64,000 nucleotides of DNA from the human T2T-CHM13v2.0 reference genome, Homo sapiens. The notes under the pieces are model-generated. The model was not told the DNA's origin. It did no database searches and was given only the letters and a program-made list of their open reading frames with translations. Positions 12,830 through 29,094 of this stretch are shown piece by piece; the stretch's first letter is position 1, and the number at the start of each line of letters is the position of its first letter. Both the position numbers and the translations under genes were made by a program. The DNA is taken from NCBI RefSeq assembly GCF_009914755.1, contig NC_060933.1; one strand, 5' to 3'.

Positions 12830-13769
12830 ACGCTTTGTGTTCTTAGTGTGAGCCATGTTTGCTGCTAGGAACACAAACGTGGGGTGTGGTCTCTGTCCTC
12901 TGCCCTTCCAAACCCAGTGCATGCCATGTAGTTGAGAAGAGGTGAGAAGCTTGAACAGGTGAGCACAGGTGAAGGGCTGGGCTGGCTAGACTTTGGGCAG
13001 AGTGCCGTGGGGTCATGAAGGAAAGTGTGGACTGTCATACCTGTGGGGTAGGTGGGGAAAGAGTAGGAGCGCTGTCAGGAAAAGCACAGGCTTTTAAGAT
13101 AAGCCTGAAAAATTAATGGCTGTTTGCCTTTTAAGCAATGAGAGTGGAAAGGGGAGAATTATTCTGCCAGATAGAACAACATTGAGGCCTAAACCAGCTT
13201 GGCACATTTGGACAGGTGGAAGGAGTTTGATGTGGCATAGGGTATGATGGGAGTTGAGAGGGATATGGGGAAGAAGTAGGCAAAGTCCTTATCACTTCCA
13301 GTGAAGGAATTCATATTTTATCTTTGTAATCAAACTGTGTTGTATTTGAGTCCGTGAATGAACTTCAAGGGATCCACAAACCTCTGGAAATTACAATACA
13401 TGTCTATGTATCTATGTGTATATAACTGTTACTGGGAGGGATATCTTCACTTTTACTTATTTTCCACTGCATTCCTGACACCACATCCTCCTAAAACACA
13501 TATGAGATCAGCAGTCTAGGAAATAATAAATTACTAAAGGATTTTAAGAAAGTGGTAGTGGGATCAGAAACATACTTAAGACTGACTTTTCCAGTACTAG
13601 TGTGGAAGATACACGGGGGGCGGGGGGGTAAAGGCAAACAGACCCAGGGAAGACGAGAGATGGAGACACCTGAACCAAGACCATGCCAGTGGTTGAAGAG
13701 CAGATCCCTTAAATAATTGAATGTTAAAGTAACTTATTATTTGTTATTACTTTCAGAGCTGAATATGGT

Positions 13770-14250
13770 ATATTAGATTTCTATTCATGCTGTAACAAAT
13801 GACTATGAAGCTGTTTAAAAGAACACAAAAATATTATCTTATAGTTCTGTAGGTCAGAAATCCAACATCGAGTCTAAATGCATTAACATAAAGGTGTCAG
13901 CACAGCTGCATTCCTCTCCAGAGGCTGTTTACTTGTCCTTTCCAGAATCTAGAGGCCAGCCCCATTCCTTGGCCTGTGGCTCCTTCCTCCTTCTGCAAAG
14001 CCAGCAACATTCCATCTCTCTGGCCATTCTTTCGTAGTCACATCTTCCATAGTCACATCCCCCTTCACCACAGCTGAGAAAGGTTCTCTGTTTTTAAGGG
14101 CCCATGAGATTAAATTGAGCACACCTGGATAATCTCCCCATCTCTTAAATCACATCTGCAAAGTCCCTTGTGTTGTGTAAGGTAATGCATTAATACATTC
14201 CAGTGATTGGGATATGGACGTCTTTGGAGACCATTATTCTGCCTATCACA
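13770..14250 (-). mobile_element. MaLR LTR, MLT1D-like
   Basis: Minus strand begins TGTGATAGGCAGAATAATGG..CAAAGACGTCC; contains GGGACTTTGCAGATGTGATT. Confidence 0.8.
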
Positions 14251-15412
14251 AATGGGGACTCTGAGAAACAGAAAGGGAAGTGTATTGTCTGAGGCCTCAA
14301 AGCATGTAAGCAGCACAGTTGGGATGAGGACCTAGGTCTCTTGAACCTCAGTCCCAGGCAGATTCCAACTCTTGAAGCAATGAGGCCATGCATAGATTAG
14401 TTATCACCATATTCTATAATGAGTGCGAATGAGTGGATGACACTTGCCTAGGTCCTTTCTGCTGCCTGAGGCCTAAGAAGTGTGGTGCTTCCCATTTCTT
14501 GGCCAGCATGGCTGTGGCGCAGCCTGAAGAAAGGAAGTAGGCACTAGTTCACTTCTGTGCTGTCTGGTCTTAGCTAGCACAGACCAGATCTGCCAAACCC
14601 TATTCCTGGCAGTTTAGCTTTATCATATGTATGTCACATTTTGGTGATTAAAATTCATCCAGGTTGAGGCTGTTGAGTACATGTAATGGTGCAAGGGAAG
14701 AATTCCAGAAATGGAGTTGAGAACACAAGGCATTGTCCCAAGTCTTCCACTGTCATATCAAATGACCTGAAAATATGCCAGTTTCCCATATCCTCCTTTG
14801 TGAAATGAGATGACTGCGCTGGATCTAGAGGTCCCTCTAGCTTACCATCAGTGTATAATAAGGAGATGATTTCTGCATTGGCTGATAAATGGAGTGAAAT
14901 ATAAGTATAGAAATCCTACTAGAAGACCCTTTGCTTCTTTGGTTCTCTGCCCTTGATGCAGCCTTGGAGCTTGGCACTCAACAGTTCAGACTGTAGCAGC
15001 CAGAAATACAGGATTTCTATAAAGAAGACAGTCTGTGCAAGTTCTGACGAAGCATCACAACCACAGGCTGTGATGGAATCTACACACAATGCATGACTGT
15101 CAAATAACTTCTGGCTATGAGCCTTCTAGAATCTCTATACTACTAGAAGAAATTTGTGCATCTCTCTGTGTCTATATGGGTGGCATATATAAACATAATT
15201 TCAAAAATCTAAAAAAACTGACGTGGTTCCTGAAACACTAGCTCATTAGTCTTAAGAACTAACCAAAAGGGAAGTAAAAGGAAGAGAAAGGGCCAGGAAT
15301 AGACCTCACCAAATTACTTTGGCTTTGCACTCACAGGCAGGACATTTGAGAAGTTGAAAAAGTGGAGATTTGAAAAGGGGAAAGAGTTAACTTAAAAATC
15401 AAAGAGCTTTTC

Positions 15413-15718
15413 GGCTGGGTGTGGTGGCTCATGCCTGTAATCCCAGCGCTTTGGGAGGCCAAGGCGGATGGAACAGGAGGTCAGGAGATCGAGACCATCC
15501 TGTCTAACACGGTGAAACCCCGTCTCTACTAAAAATACAGAAAATTAGCCGGGCATGGTGGCGGACACCTGTAGTCCCAGCTTCTCGGGAGTCTGAGGCA
15601 GGAGAATGGCGTGAACCTGGGAGGCGGAGCTTGCAGTGAGCCGAGATAGCCACTGCACTCCAGCCTGGACGACAGATCTAGACTCTGCCTCAAGAAACAA
15701 ACAAACAAAAGAAAAAAC
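15413..15718 (+). mobile_element. AluY-like
   Basis: GAGATCGAGACCATCCTG..TAACACGG and GAATGGCGTGAACC; TSD AAAGAGCTT(T/G)TC. Confidence 0.92.
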
Positions 15719-15830
15719 AAAGAGCTTGTCAAAGCCTATTAAAAATGTAACCTATTTCCCTAATAGACCACACCAGAAATCAGTGGTGAAACTTCACTTA
15801 AGATAAAGGAAAAGGCATCCACACCATCTC

Positions 15831-16122
15831 GGACAGGTGGCTCACACCTGTAATCCCAGCACTTCGGGAGGCCGAGGTGGGTGGATTGCCTGAGCTCAGG
15901 AGTTCGAAACCAGCTTGGGCAACACGGTGAAACCCCGTCTCTACTAAAATACAAAAAATTAGCCAGGCGTTGCAGCATATGCCTGTAGTCCAGCTACTCA
16001 GGAGGCTGAGGCAGGAGAATTGCTTTAACTTGAACCTGGGAGGCAGGAGTTGCAGTGAGCCAAAATTGCGCCACTGCACTCCAGCCTGGGCAACAGAGCA
16101 AGACTCCGTCTCCAAAAAAAAA
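15831..16122 (+). mobile_element. AluS
   Basis: Dimeric Alu with A tail and a slightly eroded 5' end. Confidence 0.9.
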
Positions 16123-16179
16123 GGAGTTTCGATTTTGCTGATGTGTTATGTAGTCCTCCAGTTTCTTTGGTGAGAGTTA

Positions 16180-16503
16180 TTTTATTTTATTTAATTTTAA
16201 TTTTTATTTTGTTGTTGTTGTTGTTGAGACAGTCTCGCTTTGTCGCCCAGACTGGAGGGCAGTGGTGTGATCTCGGCTCACTGCAAGCTCTGCCTTCTGG
16301 GTTCACGCCATTCTCCTGGCTCAGCCTCCCCAGTAGCTGGGACTACTGGTGCCCGCCACCACACCCAGCTAATTTTTGTATTTTTAGTAGAGGTGGGGTT
16401 TCACCGTGTTAGCCAGGATGGTCTCCATCTCCTGACCACGTGATCCGCCCTCCTCGGCCTCCCAAAATGCTGGGATTACATGCGTGAGCCACAGCGCCCA
16501 GCC
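16180..16503 (-). mobile_element. AluY/Sc-like
   Basis: Antisense dimer with patterned tail; TSD about TGGTGAG(A/T)GT(T)ATT. Confidence 0.9.
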
Positions 16504-16699
16504 TGGTGAGTGTATTAAATGAGAGAATCAATGAATTATCCTATAAAACAAAAATGAAAACAAATACCCCTCAGAAAATTCCTGCCAAATTAGCTTCTGC
16601 CCAAACGGACAGATTTTCATGCTATACATTTGGGAAATTGCAAATATGAAATTCTCTCTTTTTAAGAAATAGTATGTGTTCAAAAAAAGTAATATAATT

Positions 16700-17523
16700 T
16701 TTTAAAAATAAAAAATAAATAAGTTAGTACAGATAAAGTTGTAACCTACCTCAGTCCATTTTTGTCATCCTTCCACAGAAGTAAACTACTGAATTTAGTG
16801 TTTGTTTTTTCATATCTTTTATTTTTAACCACATATGCATGAACTAATAATATTCTATATGTTTTAAAAGTTATAAAGCATAACTATGGTTGTACTTTTC
16901 TACAACTTGTTCTTTAGTTTCATCTTTACATATATGTATTATTTTAAAATAACATATATAATATTTAATAATATATAGTTAAACTAAATTGTAGCTTGAA
17001 ATTCAGTTTTTAACTAACTGTTATAGTCTATTTTTCAAATAAATACTTTGTTAGTCTATTTTTCAAATAAGTACTTCAGTTTTTTAATTGTTATAGTCTG
17101 TTTTTCAAATAAGTACTTTGTTCATTTTCCTGTTGAACAATCTTTAGATTGTGATTTTTTTGCTAGTACAAATGATGTTACAGATGATGAAGTAAACATT
17201 CTTGTGCATATCTTTTTAAGCACGTGTAAGAGATAAACACTTAGAGCTTTTCAGTTGTAGGGTAACCCATTGTTCAAAATGGTTCTGCCACCCTGCACCC
17301 ACTAGTATACAAGCATTACTATTGTACCACATTCTAGACAGGCTTTGGTATTGGTCAACTTCTTAATTTTTGCTAAAATGATTAATATAAATTGACATAT
17401 CAATATTATTTCAGCTTACATTTCCCTAACTCTAAAGGGGCTCAAGCATCTTTTCACATATCTATTGTGAATTAAGTCTTCCTTCCATGTTCTAATCCCT
17501 TGCCTATTTTTCTATTGTTTCCC
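16700..17523 (-). mobile_element. Old L1ME-like fragment (continues after 18930 to about 19650)
   Basis: Degenerate antisense L1 motifs AAACATTCTTGTGCATATCT, AGCATCTTTTCACATAT, TTGCCTATTTTTCTATTG. Confidence 0.55.
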
Positions 17524-17539
17524 TTTTTCTCATTTTCTT

Positions 17540-18881
<1,342 letters not shown>

Positions 18882-18883
18882 AA

Positions 18884-18915
18884 CCTTTTGGCTAAGATGA
18901 AGCATAGTATCTGTT
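18884..18915 (+). pseudogene. U2 snRNA fragment (nt 13-44) at the L1 5' junction
   Basis: CCTTTTGGCTAAGATGAAGCATAGTATCTGTT versus U2 CCTTTTGGCTAAGATCAAGTGTAGTATCTGTT, 29/32 identical. Confidence 0.85.
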
Positions 18916-19669
18916 TTTTCTCATTTTCTTGTGGTGTCTTCATATGTTCTGTGAACTAGTCTTTATATTTTTTGAGAATTGAACTACATATACATACCAA
19001 TTTAAATTGTACCTAAATAAGCTAGTATTATTATGACCAAATTTTTTGGGTTATGAGTATTGCATATAGTTTCTCTGTCCTTGCTCTTTGTATGAAAGTT
19101 GTTATGTTAATATAATCAAATTTATCATTTTCTTCATCTATTATGCATGTATATAAGCCTTTTTAGAGGAAGGAGAATTGCTGCTTTGTTAACACATCCC
19201 TAGAATAGTACCTGGCATATAGCAGGTGCCTAATAAATATTTTTCAATGAATAAATAAATGCTATGTGCTTTTTCCCCCTAAGAAATACTTTTCTTTTCC
19301 TAGTTCATGCAAATATCTTTCCATGTATTATTCTTAACTCTAAAAAATTTGCTTTTCACGTTTTCGTGCAACTGCAATTATTTTGTTATTATTTGGTGCT
19401 AAAGAATCTAATTATATTTGTTTCCAAATGGATAAACAATTTTCCAGGGCATTTATGCAGTAGGTCATTCTTTAATATACGATCAGTCACATATTTAGTC
19501 TTTATCCATTCATATGTGCATTTCTAGGCTCTGTATTCCGTTCTATTGATCAGTTTGCTTACCTTTGAGATAAATGACAGTGCCTTAATTGTGACAACTT
19601 TGTTATTTGTCTTACTATCTGGTAGGACAAGTCCCCCACCCTTGAATTTCTTAAAAAGTATATTAGTTC

Positions 19670-21180
<1,511 letters not shown>

Positions 21181-21499
21181 AACATATTTATTTTAATAAT
21201 AATAAACTAAAATTTAGAGCGTTATTTTGATTCTAGAGCTCACATTCTAATGATACTGTTCTTATAAAGCCCATATGTGCAAATAGGCTTTGTTAAATTT
21301 GAAAATTAGCCTCTTTTTTTAACAGTGAACATGTATAAATTTATGTCCATTATTTGTTTCATGCCAGAATTTAGGAGATTCATTCATTTTTGTCTTTATG
21401 TTGATTAAAGACTGTCTCCCTGCCTATAATTTGTAATGGTGAGTCAGACAAAGCATAGCACCAGATGTATTTGCACATGTCCTTTATCTTCCCAATATA

Positions 21500-21616
21500 T
21501 ACTATGGCAGACATCACTAATCAATTCAACATTCATTCTTGGTAATCCAGATCTCTAGGTGGAAATTCACAATCAGTGAGAGTTACTGTATGAGATGATA
21601 CTATTTGTCATTCCTG
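21500..21616 (-). mobile_element. Old hAT MITE fragment (MER112-like)
   Basis: GGCAGACATCACTAATCAA..CTATTTGTCATTCCTG; a similar element lies at 35640-35870. Confidence 0.4.
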
Positions 21617-21877
21617 ATATCTATGAACCTACATTCCAGTGAAAGAGCCAATAAACCAACATGTTTTTTCTAACTACCAATACCAACAGCAAGATTTCTA
21701 TAATATAATAGAGCACAAGCAAAATGTATGACGTTAAATGATACAAAAGATAAATAATACCTGTTTACTGATTAGTTACTCTTTATCAGTACTATGCTAA
21801 GAACTTTACACTCTTTATTTTATTTATTCATTGCAACTACTCTGATATAAACTTTTCTTAACAGCTAAAGATACTGA

Positions 21878-22242
21878 ATGTCTCAGTCTGTTTGTGCTGC
21901 TTTTACAAAACACCTGAGACTGGGTAATTTATAAAGAAGAGAAATTAATTTTCTCACAGTTCTGGACGCTAGGAAGTCCAAGGTCAAGGCAGCAGTATGT
22001 TTGGTTGTCTGATGAGGGCTGAATCCTCCAGAGGTGAGGAATGCTATGTCGTCACATGGCAGAAGGCAGAATGGCAACCTAACAAGCTAGCTGAATGCTG
22101 AGAGAAGCCTCTTGTACAAGGTCCTTAATTCCATTCATGGGAAAGGAGTCCTCTTGGCATAATCACTGTTTAAGGGCCCATCTCTTAAAGCTACCATATC
22201 ACCAACTCCTGCATTTGAAGGAGATACATTCAAATCATAGCC
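21878..22242 (-). mobile_element. MaLR LTR (MLT1A/MST-like)
   Basis: TGTCTCAGTCTGTTTGTGCTGCT..GAGACTGGGTAATTTATAAAG..ACATTCAAATCATAGC. Confidence 0.8.
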
Positions 22243-22470
22243 TTGAGGTTCACAGAAATTAATTACCATAAAGATAATGTAAGTAGAAAAGTGATCAGTG
22301 TCTGTATGAACTCAAACGCTGTGTTCTATCACTTATACCTATTATGCTGCCCCTCTCTGACAGGATCAAACTTATACACTAGTTATATTTAAACTACTTT
22401 CCTGTTATTAAGAATGTATCTAATTATACAGCTAGAAACCTCAAGAGTATCTCCTGAAATACTCTCAAAC

Positions 22471-22694
22471 CAGGAGTGTCCAGTCTTTTGGCTTCCTTGG
22501 GTTACGTTGGGGGAAGAATTGTCTTGGGTCACACATAAAATACACTAACACTAACAATAGCTGATGAGCTTGAAAAAAAATCACACACAAAAAATCTCGT
22601 AGTGTTTTAAGAAACTTTACGAATTTGTATTGGGCCACATTCAAAGCCTTCCTGAGCCACATGTAGCCCCTGGGCTGCAGGGTAGACAAGCTCG
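22471..22694 (+). mobile_element. MER30 hAT-Charlie MITE
   Basis: CAGGAGTGTCCAGTCTTTTGG ... GACAAGCTCG; 8-bp TSD TCTCAAAC/TCTTAAAC. Confidence 0.85.
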
Positions 22695-22766
22695 TCTTAA
22701 ACTAAAAAAGAGTTTAGAACTAAAATAAATATATAAAATCAACAGCTCTTTTTCGTTTTTCCCCCC

Positions 22767-23240
22767 ATACATAAGTGTTTATAGCAGCTTTATTTATAAT
22801 GGTCCCAAACTGGAAAGAGTCCAAATGTTCTTCAACTAGTAAATGGGTAAACAAACTGGTACATCCTTTTAACGGAATACTCAGCAATAAAAAAATATGA
22901 ACTACTGATATATGCCACACTTGAATGAGTCTTAAAAGCTTCATACTAAGTAGCAGAAACCAGCTACAAAAGGTTACATGTCTGTGATTTCATTTATATG
23001 ACATTTTGTGAAAGGCAAAATAGGAACAGAAATCAGATCAGTGGTTGCCAAGAGCTGGAAGTGGAGACAGGGAAGATCCCAAAAGGGTGCAAGGGAATTT
23101 TTCAAGATGATGCGGGTGTTCTATGTCTTGATTGTGGTGGTGGTCGTTACTCAACTCTAGCAGCCATTGAAATCTATCAAATTATATACTTAAAACTGGT
23201 GAATTTTATTCTGTGTAAATCGTACCTAACTAAAACTGAT
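22767..23240 (+). mobile_element. Old L1M 3'UTR fragment (probably carried here as a 3' transduction)
   Basis: ATAGCAGCTTTATTTATAAT, ATCAGTGGTTGCC, CTTGATTGTGGTGGTGGT, GTGAATTTTATT motifs; lies inside the TSD of the neighbouring L1PA. Confidence 0.8.
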
Positions 23241-23246
23241 TTCTTA

Positions 23247-24522
23247 TTTTTTTTTTATTATACTTTAAGTTCTGGGATACATGTTCAGAACGTTCAGAAC
23301 GTGTTACATAGTTATACACACTCCATGGTGGTTTGCTGCACCCATCATCAACTTGTCATCTACATTATGTATTTCTTCTAATGCTATCTCTCCCCTAGGC
23401 CAAACGCCCTGACAGGCCCCTGTGTGTGATGTTCCCATCCCTGTGTCCGTGTGTTCTCACTGTTCAACTCTCACTTACGAGTGAGAATATGTGGTGTTTG
23501 GCTTTCTGTTCCTTTGTTAGTTTGCTAAGAATGATGGTTTCCAGCTTCATCCACGTCCCTCCAAAGGACATGAACGCATCCTTTATATGGCTGTATAATA
23601 TTCCATGGTGTAAATGTGCCACATTTTCTTTATCCAGTCTATCACTGATGGGCATTTGGGTTGGTTCCAAGTCTTTGCTATTGTGAACAGTGCTGCAATA
23701 AACATATGTGTGCATGTGTCTTTATAGTAGAATGATTTATAATTCTTTGGGTATATACCCAGTAATGGGATTGTTGGTTCATATGGTATTTCTGGTTCTA
23801 GATCCTTGAAGAATCACCACACTGTCTTCCACAATGGTTGAACTAATTTACACTCCCACCAACAGTGTAAAAGTGTGCCCATTTCTCAACATCCTCTCCA
23901 GCATCTATTGTTTCCTGCCTTTTTAACGATCACCATTCTAACTGGTATGAGATTGACAAACCTGACAAAAACAAGCAATGGGGAAAGGATTCCCTATTTA
24001 ATAAATGGTTTTGGGAAAACTGGCTAGCCATATGCAGAAAACTGAAACTGGACCCCTTCCTTACACCTTATACAAAAATTAACTCAAGATGGATTAAAGG
24101 CTTAAATGTAAGACCTAAAACCATAAAAACCCCAGAAGAAAACCTAAAATACCAATCAGGACATAGGCATGGGGAAAGACTTCATGACCAAAACACCAAA
24201 TGCAATGGCAACAAAAGCCAAAATTGACAAATGGGATCTGATTAAACTAAAGAGCTTCTGCACAGCAAAAGAAACTCTCATCAGAGTGAACGGGCAACCT
24301 ACAGAATGGGAGAAAATTTTTGCGATCTATCCATCTGACAAAGGGCTAATAGCCAGAATCTACAAAGAACTTAAACAAATTTACAAGAAAAAAACCACCC
24401 CATCAAAAAGTGAGTGAAGGATACCAACAAACAAACACTTCTCAAAAGAAGACATTTTATGCGGCCAACAAACATATGAAAAAAAGCTCATCATCACTGG
24501 TCATTGGAGAAATGCAAATCAA
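23247..24522 (-). mobile_element. L1PA7/8-like element with 5' inversion (minus 23247-23953, plus 23953-24522)
   Basis: ORF 23464-23715 on minus and ORF 24169-24417 ([26 protein letters not shown]) on plus; 14-bp TSD AA(C/T)AGCTCTTTTTC. Confidence 0.92.
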
Positions 24523-25129
24523 AATAGCTCTTTTTCATACAAGAATAGCATAAAATATTAAATACTTTGAAGTTATCCTAATGAGATATTTGTAGCATTT
24601 CCACAGGAAAAAACTACAGAATATTACTGAGGTAATATCTATGTTCATATGGATATCTATCTACCTACCTACCATTTGTTTATCTATCTATCTAAAGGTG
24701 GAAGGGTATGTGTTTCCAAATACTAATGAGATTTTAATTTTTCCACGTTGTTATAGGATTAATGCCATTCTTCTCAAATTCATAAAGGTTCATGTGTGTT
24801 TTATATCAAGCCTGATGAGATACTTCTAAAATTGAGAAATATTTAATAGATGGGGTTATAAAAAGACTTTGGAATCATTAAACAACCAGTGAAAACATGA
24901 AGAAAAGAAGTAATACAAAAAGAACTAAATTAAATTAAAATTTTTTTCTGTACGTAGGAACTCAAGTTCAAAGTCACAAAGTGAGAAAATAAGTCCTACT
25001 TGGCAAATAACTAATATTCTTAATGCTTAAATACTTACAAATGGAATTCCAGTTTTCTACACTTCCCTCAAAGCAATGAAATAATACCAGTAATCTTGAA
25101 AAGTGACATATGAAAATGTTAATACTATA

Positions 25130-27470
25130 TCACAAAGCTTTACAAAGTGATGTATTCAAAACTATATAAATAAATCAAGATGGAATCCTAGAAAAAAATA
25201 TGCAAGTAACCCTGAGTAATACAAGAGAAATAAGGGAACAAGAAAGAGAGAAAATAAAATAAATGATAAAATGACATAAGTAAGTTCTCACATGCCAATA
25301 ATTATTTTAAATAGCAAAGGTCTAACTACACACAATAAAATGTAAATATTGGCAGGATAGATCAAGAAAAAAAACATGATCCAGCTCTGTGGTGTCTAAA
25401 AAAAATTAATTTCAAAGACAACAACATAAGTAGTTCAAAAGCAAAATGATGGAAAAAAAATGTATACCATGTAAACATTCATTTAAAAAATCAGGAGTTG
25501 CTATGTCAATATCGGATAGATTATGCTTCACAACAAAAACATTACTAGAGACGAACAGGGACATTACATAGATAAAAGGATTAATCCACTCGCCAAAAAA
25601 ATTCTAAATGTATGTACCCCAGACAACAGAGCCTCAAATATATGAAGCAAAAGCTGATAGAGCTGAAAGGACAAATTCACAGTCAAAGCTGGGAACGGCA
25701 ACTCCTCACCTTCAGAAAACTGATAAAACTAACATAAAATCAGCAAAGATATATAACTAAACAACACTGTCAACCAATCAATCTATATATGTTCTAATTG
25801 ACATAGATAGAACATTTACCTGACAACAGCAAAATGTACGTTTTCTTCAAGCACCCATGGAACATTCACCAATGTAAATCACAAATCATATCCTGGAAAC
25901 TTCAATTTAAAAGAATTGAAATCACAGAGTGTGTTCTCTGACTACACTGGAAGTGAATAAGAAATCAACAATAGAAGGATGACAGAAAAATCTCCAAGCA
26001 CTTGAAAACTAAAGAAAACATATCTAAATAACCCATGAGTCAAAGAGTCTCAGGGAAAATAAAAGATATACATTAAACTGCATAAAAATGAAAATATGAC
26101 TGTTAAAATTTATGGAACACAGCTAAAGCAGTGCTGAGAGGAAATTTTATAGCACTGTTTATATTAGAAAAGAGGAAATGTTTCAAATCAGTAACCTAAG
26201 CTCCCACATCAAGAACTTAGGAGCAGAAGAACAACCCAGAGCAAGTGGAAGGATGAAAAAAAAAAACAGTAAGAGCCAGAAATCAATAAAAATGAAACTA
26301 GAAAACCACAGAAAAAACAGTGAAACAAATAACAGGCTCTTCGAAAACATCAATAAAATTGATAGACCTTTAGCAAAACTGACAAAAAAGAAAACACAAA
26401 TTACCAACATAAAAAATGAAAATGTTTGTATCACTACACACCCTGCGATATCAAAAGGATAATAATGGAATACCATGAACAATTCTACACACATACATTC
26501 AACAACTTAGATGAAATGGACCAATTTTTTGACATAAACTACCACAAGTCACCCAATATGAAATACATAATTTTAATAGCATCATTACTGTCAAGGAAAT
26601 TAAATTTTGAATTAAAAAATTCCCCACAAAGAAATCTTTAAGTCCAGAACATTATACCAAACCTTTAAAAAGGAATTAACACTAATTCTACACAATCTTT
26701 TCCAGACACTAGAAGAGGGAATACTTTCCAATTCATTTTATGAAGCAGTATGACCCTGATACCAAAATCAGACAAAGATGATACCCTTCAAAAAAAGAAA
26801 AATACCAATATTCCTCATGAATAAAGAGTTAAAATCCTTAACAAAATATTAATAAATACAATTCAGCAACATACAAAAATAAATATACACCATGACCAAG
26901 TGGGGTTTATTCCGGGATACAAAGACAGTTCAATATTCTAAAATCAACCAACACAGTTACCATATTAACAGGATAAAAAATCACATGATCATATCAATTG
27001 ATTCAGAAAAAAGATAAGACAAAATTTGACATCCATTTATGATAAAAACTCCCAGCAAACTGGGAATAAAGTGGAAATGTTTCAACTTATTAAATAACAT
27101 CTACAAAAAACCCCTACAATTTACATTATTTTTGATGGTGAAAAAGACTGTTTCTTTCCTACGATCAATAAGGCAAAAATGTTCACTCTCACAACTCTTA
27201 TTCAGCATAATGATGTAAGTTCTAGCCAGCATTATAAGGCAAGAAAAGTAAATAAAAGCTGTACAAATCAAAAAAGAAGAAATAAAACTGTTACTATTTG
27301 CAGATGATGTAACTGACCACAGAGAAAAGCTCAAGGGGTCAACAACCACAACAAAAAATCCTAGGACTAATAAGTAAGTACAGTAGGATCACAAGACACA
27401 AGATAAATACAAAAACATATATTGCAATTCTATATATTAACAATGGAAATGTGGACAACAATGTTTAAGA
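25130..27470 (+). mobile_element. Decayed L1M ORF2 (endonuclease to RT)
   Basis: ORF 26178-26462 ENINKIDRPLAKL; CATGACCAAGTGGGGTTTATT; TTTGCAGATGAT (FADD) at about 27298. Confidence 0.85.
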
Positions 27471-27751
27471 GAAAAGAGGACTAATTTTAGGAATAAAAAA
27501 TATTTCAAAGCATGTTTTCAGACAGAGAATAAATACACTATGAGAAACTCATCTTTCTTTTGTGTATATGCTTGGGTAATCGCTGTGCTAAAGGGCATAT
27601 ACACAGCCAAGTCTAAAACTTTCTGAATTGTGTAATAGAAATACTACCTCTGAAAAACAAAATTCACAAAATATGACAGATTCTATATAGTCTTCTAACT
27701 AGGTAATTCTAACAAAAAATACCTATATAATAACTAACTCCTTGTGAGACA

Positions 27752-28173
27752 GGTATATTAGTTAAGCTTCTACCAGAGAAACAGAACCAGTAGGAGATAT
27801 ATGTTTTGGTATTCATCCAAGGAATTGGCATATGCCATTCTGGAGACTGGCTAGGCAAGTCTAAAGTCCATAAAGATAGGCCATCAGAAAAGGGTAGGCT
27901 GGAACTCTCAGACACAAGTGGAAGGTACAGTCCACAGGTGAAATTTATTCAGCTAGACAACCTCAGTTCTGCTCAAGAAGACTTTCAGATGATTGAATGA
28001 GGCTCACCCAAATTATCTAGGATATTATTCTTTACTTAAAGCCAACTGATTATGAATGTTAACCATATTTATAAAATACTTTTATAGCAACACCTAGATT
28101 AGTATTTAATTAAATAACTGGAGAGATAATAGCCTAGCCAAGTTGACACATAGAATTAGAACAGAATATCACA
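27752..28173 (-). mobile_element. MLT2 (ERVL) LTR
   Basis: TATTAGT..CCAGAGAAACAGAACCAGTAGGAGATAT ... CCAAGTTGACACATA..TCACA. Confidence 0.75.
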
Positions 28174-29094
28174 AAAGGTAAGACTATTGTGTGTTTTGAA
28201 GATTATACATTGTGGCTTGGGGCAAGGAATTTGAAATCACAGCCAATGCTTAAAATTCATTTCTCATAGGTGGTGTCAGTCCATTTATAATCTGAAAGCT
28301 ACATACCACTGCAAGAGAGCATAGAGGAATGTAAAGGACATGGTCAATGAGAACACTAACGTGATATTGTTGATGTAAAAGAGGCAACATGGGACCTGGA
28401 TTTTTAAAGCAGAAAGTAGCTATAAGAGGTAATTTATTTGATGGGTCCTCCTTGGATGTGATGAATATATCTCTACCAGTCCTTTCTCAATGTCAACATA
28501 CCCTAGGGAGACATCACAGTCTCACAAGTGACCATGACTTACAACCAGGGCAATGAGATTATGCAACAGTAGCAGAGAATGAGGCTAAAGGGGTAGCCAG
28601 CATCCAAACTCTGCATGGCTTTGTGTTCCATAATGGGGAAACTAAGCTTAATTTTGTGGGTGAAGAGGGAGTCAACTAGTGTTTTAATCTAGGGAGAGAT
28701 ATGATCAGATGTTGTTACAATAAGTCAGAAAATCTTGCACTGAGTGCTTCATCAACAACAATAATCACCCCTTTCTCTTTTTTTCCTAGTTTTCCTTTTA
28801 TTCTACAGCCAAGAGTGCTCATTATTTTGGACATTTCACAGAGGTGAAGAAGGTGCTGTCCTGGCTTGTGAGAAACACTAGTCCCATTAGAAATAAGATA
28901 ATAAAGTTTCTAATGAAAGTGCAGAGTCCTCCACATATTTAATCCAGGTTTGAGAAGTAATAGGCCAGTGATTTCATATAGATAGTGGGGCAGATAAAGA
29001 CATTTCAAGTTCCTTGAATATGACCTTCTACCATTCTATAGTGGCCAGTGAGTCTAGCTATCTGAGTTCCTCTAGTTTCTGTGCTTTGGTGAAA

